A stretch of DNA of 64,000 nt from NCBI GenBank assembly GCA_900320095.1, contig ONQZ01000002.1, positions 8,165 to 72,164 of the forward strand. The letters are read 5' to 3'. The DNA is from an uncultured Lentisphaerota bacterium (lineage in GTDB: Bacteria; Verrucomicrobiota; Lentisphaeria; Victivallales; UBA1829). The position numbers were made by a program, and so were the translations under genes. Position 1 is the stretch's first letter. Each line of letters starts with the position of its first letter. Shown here in pieces: positions 53,682 through 60,867 of this stretch. The notes under the pieces were generated by a model. That model saw only the letters and a list, made by a program, of their open reading frames with translations, did no database searches and was not told the DNA's origin.

Positions 53682-54566
53682 ATGTTGACCAGAGACCTGC
53701 TCGCCAGGATCCGGAAAATCGAGATCAAAACGCGCAAAGTCGTCGAGGAGATGACCGGCGGCGCGTACCGCAGCGTGTACCGCGGACGCGGCATCGAGTT
53801 CAGCGAGGTCCGCACGTACACCGAGGGCGACGATGTCCGCGACATCGACTGGAACGTCACCGCCCGCACGGGCGTCGCGCACATCAAAAAATACGTCGAG
53901 GAACGCGAGCTGACCGTGATCATCGCGGTCGACATCTCGTCCTCCACGCTCTTCGGGTCCGCCGAGGACGACAAGCGCGACAAGATGGCGGAGACCGCCG
54001 CGCTCCTCGCGTTCAGCGCCATCCGCAACAACGACAAGGTCGGGCTGCTGCTCTTCTCCGACCGCGTGGAATCCTACATCCCGCCGCGTTCGGGACGCGC
54101 CCACGTGATGCGCGTGATCCGCGACCTGGTGGCGACGCATCCGCGCGGACGCGGCACGAACATCGCCGCCGCGCTGGAATCGCTCAGCCGCACGCTGAAA
54201 AAGAAGACCGTGATCTTCCTCATCAGCGACTTCATGGACGAGGGGGATTTCTGGAAGCCGCTGCGGATATTGAACCGCAGGCACGACCTCGCGGCGATCC
54301 GCGTGGTGGACTCGCTGGAGACCGCATTGCCGACGGCCGCCGCGCTCGAACTCGAGGACGCCGAAACCGGCGTCACCTTCGCGTTTCCCGGCAGCAGAAT
54401 GGCCGCCGCGCGCTACGCCGCCGCGCAGGAGCTCTTCGCCCGCCAGCTGGAGGAGAACTGCCGCCAGGCGAAAGTCGACCTGATCGAACTGCCGTGCACG
54501 GGCGACATCGTAAAGCCGCTGATGGGATTCTTCCAGAAGCGCGGCAAACGCAAATCCAGAGGCTGA
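53682..54566 (+). CDS. DUF58 (vWA-like) protein, MoxR partner
   Basis: 294 aa. It reads GAYRSVYRGRGIEFSEVRTYTEGDDVRDIDWNVTAR, followed by IIAVDISSS (MIDAS-like). Confidence 0.85.
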   Translation: MLTRDLLARIRKIEIKTRKVVEEMTGGAYRSVYRGRGIEFSEVRTYTEGDDVRDIDWNVTARTGVAHIKKYVEERELTVIIAVDISSSTLFGSAEDDKRDKMAETAALLAFSAIRNNDKVGLLLFSDRVESYIPPRSGRAHVMRVIRDLVATHPRGRGTNIAAALESLSRTLKKKTVIFLISDFMDEGDFWKPLRILNRRHDLAAIRVVDSLETALPTAAALELEDAETGVTFAFPGSRMAAARYAAAQELFARQLEENCRQAKVDLIELPCTGDIVKPLMGFFQKRGKRKSRG

Positions 54567-54575
54567 TACCCGATT

Positions 54576-55592
54576 ATGAAGTCAAGATTGATTGAAAAGA
54601 CGTGGTTCCGGATGCTCCCCGCCATCCTCGGCGGCGTCCTGCTGGTCCTGATCGCCGCCGGCGCGGCGGTCGCGGTCCGCTGGCACATGTCCGCGAAGGA
54701 GGCCGCCGATCCGGTCCTGCTCGGCGAACCGGTCTACGAGTTCGAGGGCAGGGACCCCGCCATCGGGATGCGCTTCAACGCGGTCCTGAAATACCGCCTG
54801 CCGTGGTCCGACTCGTTCAAGCTCGCCGCCGCCGAACCCGGCAAAAACCTCCAGCTCACCTCGGATCCGGCGTTTCACCGGTCGCGCATCCGCTGGGGAT
54901 ACTCCGACTGGACGCTCGTGATCCCGCTTCAGGCGTACCGAGGCGGGGAATCCGGCGGCGGCTCGATTTTGGCGGAGTTTTTCGCCGGAAAGAGCATCGA
55001 AACGCCCCTGCCCGAACTGAAGGTCGCCGACCTTGCGCTGCCGCTGGACGACAACGGCACGGAGCTTTCGCTCGCGCCGCGCATCGACGTGCGCGACAGA
55101 CGGATGTCGTGGCTGACCGCGGGCATCGTCGCGGCTGCCGTCATCCTCGTTTCGCTGGGTGTCTGGGCGCTTCTGGCGCACAGGAAACGCGAGGCCGCGA
55201 AACACATCAGGACCGCCTGGGAGCTCGCGCTGGACGCCATTCAGGCGCTCCGCGATCAGGTCCGGGGCGGCGCTTCCTCGCCCGAATCCGCCATCGCCGG
55301 ACTCACCGACGTCGTCCGGCATTATCTTGAGGCGCGGTTCCGTCTGCGCGCCGAACGCCAGACCACGGCGGAATTCCTGGCGGACCTGGAGCATAATGAC
55401 CGCCTGCTGGAGGACAAGGACCGCAAGTTCCTGCGTTCGTTCCTGGCGTCCGCCGACATGGTGAAGTTCGCGCGCATGCCCGCCGATCCGCACCTCTTCG
55501 AACAGGCGTCCGAAAAGGCGGAGGAACTCGTCTCCGGCACGATCCCGCGCGAGGATGACCTGACGGACAATCCGAAGGGAGGACGCAAATGA
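54576..55592 (+). CDS. Two-TM membrane protein: BatD-like N-terminal domain fused to DUF4381-like C-terminal domain
   Basis: 338 aa. TM1 is LPAILGGVLLVLIAAGAAVAV. A ~150-aa probable extracytoplasmic domain follows, then TM2 (LTAGIVAAAVILVSLGVWALLA). The C-terminal segment (..HYLEARFRLRAERQTTAEFLADLE...FLASADMVKFARMPAD) matches my recollection of DUF4381. Confidence 0.5.
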   Translation: MKSRLIEKTWFRMLPAILGGVLLVLIAAGAAVAVRWHMSAKEAADPVLLGEPVYEFEGRDPAIGMRFNAVLKYRLPWSDSFKLAAAEPGKNLQLTSDPAFHRSRIRWGYSDWTLVIPLQAYRGGESGGGSILAEFFAGKSIETPLPELKVADLALPLDDNGTELSLAPRIDVRDRRMSWLTAGIVAAAVILVSLGVWALLAHRKREAAKHIRTAWELALDAIQALRDQVRGGASSPESAIAGLTDVVRHYLEARFRLRAERQTTAEFLADLEHNDRLLEDKDRKFLRSFLASADMVKFARMPADPHLFEQASEKAEELVSGTIPREDDLTDNPKGGRK

Positions 55593-56629
55593 AACTCGAA
55601 TATCCCTGGCTGCTTCTGCTCTTCATCCCGTACGCCGCGGTGCTGTGGTTCGCCTGGACTCTTCACGCGCCGTCGATCCGCGTCCCCGGCCTGGCGCCCT
55701 TCCGGCGCGCCACGGGCAGAAAAGGCCGCCGCGTGAACTGGCGCAAGCTGATCCCGTTCGTGCTTTTCGCGCTCGGCGGCGCAGCCATGATCGTGGCGCT
55801 GGCGCAGCCCCGCGAGGGCATCGAGGAAATCCGCTCGAAAGCGGACGGCATCGACATCATGATCGCGTTCGACCTGTCGCCCAGCATGGAGGCATACGAC
55901 CCGCCCGCGGACCATCTCACCGACACCCAGGTCATCAACCTGATCCAGCGCGGTACGCTCAAGAACCGCGTCGAGACCGCCAAGGAGGAGATCGCCCGGT
56001 TCATCGAGGAACGCCCGAACGACCGCATCGGCCTCATCGTGTTCGCCAGCATGCCCTACGTGGTGTGTCCGCCCACGCTCGACCACGCGTTCCTGCTCGC
56101 CAACCTGGAACGCCTTTCCTCGCGGCAGATCGGCGACGGGACCGGGATCGCGGGTCCAATCGCCAGCGCCGTGAAACGCCTGAAGAACTCCGACGCGAAA
56201 AGCCGCATCCTGGTGCTCTTCACCGACGGCTCGAACACGGTCAACGGGCAGATTTCGCCGCGCGACGCCGGCAAGCTCGCCGACACGTTCGATATCACGA
56301 TCTACACGGTCGGCATCGGGTCCCGCCGCGCACGTATCCCCATGCAGAGCCTGCTCGGCGGCGTCATCCTCCAGAACTACCCGGACGAATTCGACGAGCC
56401 GCTTCTGCGCGAACTCGCGGACATGACCGGGGGGCGTTATTACCGCGCCGCCGACGCGAAGGGCATGGCACAGGCGATGGACGAGATCAACAAGCTCGAA
56501 AAAACGAGCGTGGAGCAGCCCGTCGTGGTGAACTGGCGCGAACTCTACCCGTATTTCTGCTGGTTCGGGCTCGGCACGCTTCTGCTCGGATTCTGCCTCC
56601 GCCAGACCGTCTGCCTGCGCCTGCCCTGA
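55589..56629 (+). CDS. batA: vWA-domain membrane protein BatA
   Basis: 346 aa. The N-terminus is MKLEYPWLLLLFIPYAAVLWF. The vWA MIDAS is DIMIAFDLSPSM, and there is a C-terminal TM helix. The ATG overlaps the upstream stop (ATGA at 55589-55592). Confidence 0.8.
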   Translation: MKLEYPWLLLLFIPYAAVLWFAWTLHAPSIRVPGLAPFRRATGRKGRRVNWRKLIPFVLFALGGAAMIVALAQPREGIEEIRSKADGIDIMIAFDLSPSMEAYDPPADHLTDTQVINLIQRGTLKNRVETAKEEIARFIEERPNDRIGLIVFASMPYVVCPPTLDHAFLLANLERLSSRQIGDGTGIAGPIASAVKRLKNSDAKSRILVLFTDGSNTVNGQISPRDAGKLADTFDITIYTVGIGSRRARIPMQSLLGGVILQNYPDEFDEPLLRELADMTGGRYYRAADAKGMAQAMDEINKLEKTSVEQPVVVNWRELYPYFCWFGLGTLLLGFCLRQTVCLRLP

Positions 56630-56682
56630 GGAGGCAGAGCCTCCACTGCGGCAGTGCGCGGCTTACGCTCGCGCACAATGTT

Positions 56683-56720
56683 GCTCCGAGTCCTTTTTCG
56701 GTCCGGAGCTTTTCTTTTTT
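56683..56720 (+). terminator. Rho-independent terminator 1 after batA
   Basis: GCTCCG (56683-56688) pairs with CGGAGC (56704-56709), followed by TTTTCTTTTTT. Confidence 0.6.
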
Positions 56721-56728
56721 CCAGACTG

Positions 56729-56754
56729 CGGAGCTTTAGCTCCGTGCATTTTTT
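56729..56754 (+). terminator. Rho-independent terminator 2 (tandem)
   Basis: CGGAGCT (56729-56735) pairs with AGCTCCG (56738-56744). TGCATTTTTT follows. Confidence 0.45.
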
Positions 56755-56790
56755 CCGCGATAAAAGCGGATGTTCTTTCTTATTTTAAAC

Positions 56791-56819
56791 TTGACATTCG
56801 CGGGGACTGTCGCTATATT
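56791..56819 (+). promoter_or_regulatory. sigma70-like promoter of topA
   Basis: -35 TTGACA (56791-56796), 17-nt spacer, -10 TATATT (56814-56819). This leaves a ~80-nt leader. Confidence 0.65.
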
Positions 56820-56906
56820 AATAGAATAAGCGAAAACAACCCTGCCGGACCCGGAGCGGAAAGTGGAAAACCGCGCGGATCCCCGGCGTTTCCCGGAGTA
56901 TACAGC

Positions 56907-59456
56907 ATGAGCAAACAACTGGTTATCGTGGAGTCCCCCGCGAAAGCGCGTACGATCGGGCGCATCCTGCCGTCCGAATACATCATCAAGGCATCAATGG
57001 GCCATATCCGCGACCTGCCCGAGAACTCGTTCGGCGTGGACATCGAACACAATTTCGCGCCGCAGTACGAGGAGAGCAAGGCGCGCGGCCACAACCTCGG
57101 CGAACTCAAGACCGCCGCGAAGAACGCGGTCGACATCTATCTGGCGTCGGACCCTGACCGCGAAGGGGAAGCCATCGCGTGGCACCTGCAGGAGGTCCTG
57201 CGGAAGATCAACAAGAAGGCGCACTTCCACCGCGTCTCCTTCCACGAGATCACGCGCAGCGCCATCAACCGCGCGTTCCAGTCGCCCGGCGAGATCGACA
57301 TGAACCGCGTGGACGCCCAGCAGGCGCGCCGCGTGCTCGACCGCATCGTCGGCTACCAGATCAGCCCGCTGCTGTGGTCGCGCATCGAACGCGGCATCAG
57401 CGCCGGACGCGTGCAGTCCGTGGCGCTCCGTCTGGTCTGCGAACGCGAACGCGAGATCCTGGCGTTCATCCCGAAGGAATACTGGATCTTCGAGGCGCTG
57501 TTCCATCCGGAAAGCGCCCCCGGCCGCTCCTTCCGCGCGAAACTCGCGAAGGTCGACGGCAAGAACGCCGACGTGCCGAACAAGGAACAGGCGGAAGCCC
57601 TGCGCAAGCTCATCGACGACGCGTCCGCGTGGCATATCGCCGACCTGGAGACCTCGCCCCGCCGCAAGTTCGCTCCGCCGCCGTTCATCACCAGCACGCT
57701 CCAGCAGGCCGCCAGCTCCGCCATGGGGTTCACCGCGAACCAGACCATGCAGACCGCGCAGCAACTTTATGAAGGCATCACGCTCGACAACGGCCCCGTC
57801 GGCCTCATCACCTACATGAGAACCGACGCCGTGAACATCGCGATCGAGGCGCAAGCGGCATGCCGCGCGTACATCGAAGCGACCTTCGGCGCGGACTACG
57901 TCCCGCAGAAGCCCAACATCTACAAATCCAAGGCGAACGCGCAGGCCGCGCACGAGGCAATCCGCCCGACCGACGTCAACCTGACCCCGGACAAGCTCCG
58001 CCCGTTCCTGAATCCCGCCCAGCTCAAGCTCTACACGCTGATCTGGCGGCGTTTCGTGGCGTGCCAGATGAATCCGGCGCTGCTCGAAACGACCACCGTC
58101 ACGGTCGAAAACGCCGCGTCCGCGCCGCACGTCTTCTCGTTCCGCTCCTCCGCGACCGTGACCAAGTTCCCCGGATTCCTCGCCGTCTACAACATCAAGG
58201 ACGAAACGCACACGGCGGAAGACGACCAGGACGAGTCCGCGCCCGATCCCGAACTCCTCGGCATGCTCCGCACCGGCACGAGATGCGACCTCGCCGGATG
58301 CAAGCCCGAACAGAAATTCACCGAGCCGGCTCCGCGCTACTCCGAAGCCACGCTCATCAAGGAACTCGAATCCAACGGCATCGGCCGTCCGTCCACGTAC
58401 GCCACGATCGTGAACACGATCCAGGTCCGCAAGTACGTGAACCGCGAAAAAGGCAAGCTCATCCCGACCGAACTCGGATTCCGCGTGAACGACTACCTCG
58501 TGAAGTCGCTGCCCGAGCTCTTCCAGGTCGGATTCACCGCCGACATGGAAAAGAAGCTCGACAACGTCGAGGACGGCGAGGTCGAATGGACCGCCATGCT
58601 CCGCGACTTCTACTGCGTGTTCTCCGAATGGCTCAAGGACGCGAAGTTCGCCGACGCTCCGGACGACGGCAAGGCCGCCGCGCTCATCGGCATCCTCGCA
58701 GGATTCCAGGGCTGGGAAAAGCCGGTCGCGCAGCCCGGCGCGAAACGTCCGTTCAACGAGAAGACCTTCTTCAACTCGGTCGTCTCCAAGAAGCAGTCCG
58801 GCGTCCCGGTCACGGTCAAGCAGTGGAACGCCCTCCTTTCCATCGCGGCGAAGTACCGCGACAAACTCCCCGGCCTGGAAGAGGCCGCCGCGAAGTACGG
58901 CTTCACCGGCGAACTCGACGACGCGCAGGCAAAACTGAACGCCCATCTGCAGGCGATCCGGGAACGCCAGGCGGTCCAGGTCGAAACGCCGAAGTTCGAA
59001 GCCGATCCGCGTCTGGAAGCCGTTTTCCAGGCGGCGGAAAAGGTCAAATGGAACAAGGCGGAACGCATCCGCGGCCGCGTGTACGACGATGCCGCGTTCG
59101 TGGAATCCCTCCGCAAGCAGTACAAGGCGGGCAAGACGCTCAGCGCCAAGCAGATCGCCGCGCTCACACGCGTCATCCGCAAATACCCCGGACAGTTCCC
59201 CGAAGGCGACCTCGCCGCCGCGGCGCCCGCTCCGGAACAGAATCCCGTCGCGAAGGCGCAGATCGACGCTCTCCTGAACGCGTTCAAGTCGTTCGAGAGC
59301 TGGAACGAGCCCACGGTCCGCCGCGGACGCACGTTCAGCGACCGCGACTTCATCGCCTCGCTCGCCAAACAGCACGCTTCCGGCAAGGTCCTCAGTGAGA
59401 AGCAGGTCGCCGCACTGGAACGCATGGCCGCCAAGTACAACCTGAAACCGGTATGA
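56907..59456 (+). CDS. topA: DNA topoisomerase I (type IA) with non-zinc C-terminal repeat region
   Basis: 849 aa. It has Toprim (LVIVESPAKARTIGR, DPDREGEAI) and the active-site region ITYMRTDAV, plus EPAPRYSEATLIKELE..GIGRPSTYA. The C-terminal ~260 aa contain no Cys4 motifs but three related ~35-aa segments. Confidence 0.95.
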   Translation: MSKQLVIVESPAKARTIGRILPSEYIIKASMGHIRDLPENSFGVDIEHNFAPQYEESKARGHNLGELKTAAKNAVDIYLASDPDREGEAIAWHLQEVLRKINKKAHFHRVSFHEITRSAINRAFQSPGEIDMNRVDAQQARRVLDRIVGYQISPLLWSRIERGISAGRVQSVALRLVCEREREILAFIPKEYWIFEALFHPESAPGRSFRAKLAKVDGKNADVPNKEQAEALRKLIDDASAWHIADLETSPRRKFAPPPFITSTLQQAASSAMGFTANQTMQTAQQLYEGITLDNGPVGLITYMRTDAVNIAIEAQAACRAYIEATFGADYVPQKPNIYKSKANAQAAHEAIRPTDVNLTPDKLRPFLNPAQLKLYTLIWRRFVACQMNPALLETTTVTVENAASAPHVFSFRSSATVTKFPGFLAVYNIKDETHTAEDDQDESAPDPELLGMLRTGTRCDLAGCKPEQKFTEPAPRYSEATLIKELESNGIGRPSTYATIVNTIQVRKYVNREKGKLIPTELGFRVNDYLVKSLPELFQVGFTADMEKKLDNVEDGEVEWTAMLRDFYCVFSEWLKDAKFADAPDDGKAAALIGILAGFQGWEKPVAQPGAKRPFNEKTFFNSVVSKKQSGVPVTVKQWNALLSIAAKYRDKLPGLEEAAAKYGFTGELDDAQAKLNAHLQAIRERQAVQVETPKFEADPRLEAVFQAAEKVKWNKAERIRGRVYDDAAFVESLRKQYKAGKTLSAKQIAALTRVIRKYPGQFPEGDLAAAAPAPEQNPVAKAQIDALLNAFKSFESWNEPTVRRGRTFSDRDFIASLAKQHASGKVLSEKQVAALERMAAKYNLKPV

Positions 59457-60112
59457 GCCGTGCTTGCCGCATCAGCCGCATCAGGAGAGTCGTTCTCTTC
59501 TGGGCGGCGGCGGCCCTGATCGCCGCGCTGGAGGCCGTCCTGACCGCGAACTGGCTGGTCGGGAAAACTTCGGCGCGCATTTTTTCATCTGCAAACGACA
59601 TCCCGGCACGCGAGGTCGGGATGGTCCTTGGAAACTCGGAATACTCCAACGGGCGTAAAAATCCCGTGCTCGCGGGACGGCTTCAGGCCGCTGCGGAACT
59701 CTACCGCGCGGGCAAGGTGAAGACGCTGGTCGTGTCCGGCATGAGCCATCCGGAAGAGTTTTACGATGAGATATCCGCCATGACGCGGGGTCTGGTCGCA
59801 CTGGGCGTCCCGGAAGACGCCATCATCGGCGACGGGAAAGGAGTCCGCACGCTCGATTCTATCCTTCGTATGAGGGACATTTTCGAATACGACGGTTTCA
59901 TCATGATCTCCCAGAGAGAACATCTTGAACGCGCCCTGTATCTGGCCGACCATCACAGCATTTCGACCATCGGGTTCGAGGCGGGAATCCAGCCGCCGGG
60001 ACTGTATCCGAACGAATGGCTCGGATCCGCAATCCGTGTGCCTCTGTCCAACGTGAAAGCCATCCTGGACATCGCAATCGGCCGCCGCGCGAAATACCCG
60101 ACCGAACGGTAA
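59453..60112 (+). CDS. sanA: SanA/YdcF (DUF218) family envelope protein
   Basis: 219 aa. It has an N-terminal TM helix. LVVSGMSHPEEFYDEISAMTRGLVALGVPEDAI..GVRTLDSILRMRDIF..FIMISQREHLERALYLA parallels E. coli SanA by eye. The ATG overlaps the topA stop (ATGA). Confidence 0.75.
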   Translation: MSRACRISRIRRVVLFWAAAALIAALEAVLTANWLVGKTSARIFSSANDIPAREVGMVLGNSEYSNGRKNPVLAGRLQAAAELYRAGKVKTLVVSGMSHPEEFYDEISAMTRGLVALGVPEDAIIGDGKGVRTLDSILRMRDIFEYDGFIMISQREHLERALYLADHHSISTIGFEAGIQPPGLYPNEWLGSAIRVPLSNVKAILDIAIGRRAKYPTER

Positions 60113-60141
60113 ACCATTGAACGGACAAGGAGCGAAGAATA

Positions 60142-60867
60142 ATGAACGCAGTTTCAGACACCGTCTTTGTGATGGCCGCGGGCGGAGCCTCCACCCGGTT
60201 CGGCGGCGGCTCCAAGCTCTTCGCGGAACTCGACGGCATCCCGGTCTTTCTCCACGCCGTCCGCACGGCCGCGTCCGTGCTTGCGCCCGGTTCGATCATC
60301 CTGTCCGTCCCCGCGGCAGCCGAAGCGGATTTCCGCGCCGCGGCGGAAACATATTTCCCTGACATTCAACTTCATTTCACGCACGGCGGCGCGACCCGTA
60401 CGCTGTCCGTCCTGAACGCCCTCGAAGCCGCCGCGAAACTCGGTGAAACGCGGTTTCAGCTCGCCGCCGTCCACGACGCCGGACGCCCCATGCTCACGCC
60501 GGAACTCCTGCTCGCATGCCTGGATGCCGCCCGGACGCACGGCGGCGCGATGGCGTGCCGCAAAGTCGCTGAAACGGTGAAACGCATCACCCCGGACGGA
60601 TTCCTCGGCGAGACCGTCCCGCGCGACGAGCTCCGCACCGCCGAAACGCCGCAGGTCTTCCGGTTCGATGCGCTCCTGGACGCCTGCCGCCGCGCAGCCG
60701 CGTCCGGCGAAGTCTTCACCGACGACGCGCAGGTCATGGAACGGTTCGCCCCGGTCCGCGTGTTCCCGGTCGAACACGAATTCCCGAATCCGAAGATCAC
60801 GTACCGTCCCGATCTGGAGCTCTGCCGCACGCTGCTGCGTCTCCGCCGCGAGGAAACCGGCGCATGA
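60142..60867 (+). CDS. ispD: 2-C-methyl-D-erythritol 4-phosphate cytidylyltransferase (IspD family)
   Basis: 241 aa. Motifs seen: VMAAGGASTRFGGGSKLF, VHDAGRPMLTPELL and ETPQVFRF. It is monofunctional, with no IspF fusion. Confidence 0.8.
   Translation: MNAVSDTVFVMAAGGASTRFGGGSKLFAELDGIPVFLHAVRTAASVLAPGSIILSVPAAAEADFRAAAETYFPDIQLHFTHGGATRTLSVLNALEAAAKLGETRFQLAAVHDAGRPMLTPELLLACLDAARTHGGAMACRKVAETVKRITPDGFLGETVPRDELRTAETPQVFRFDALLDACRRAAASGEVFTDDAQVMERFAPVRVFPVEHEFPNPKITYRPDLELCRTLLRLRREETGA

Noticed and set aside
782-59375. Very long ORFs antisense to, or out of frame with, real genes. Examples: 782..3487(+), 7184..9421(+), 17613..20135(+), 21160..23577(+), 28938..31082(-), 33766..35883(+), 36131..38197(+), 38258..39433(+), 45145..47436(+), 56994..59375(-).
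   Set aside because: Their translations are monotonous R/G/A/D/E/V/H-rich strings with no recognisable motifs. Each lies exactly opposite a gene with strong family signatures. Stop-codon-poor shadow frames are expected in GC-rich DNA with high GC3.
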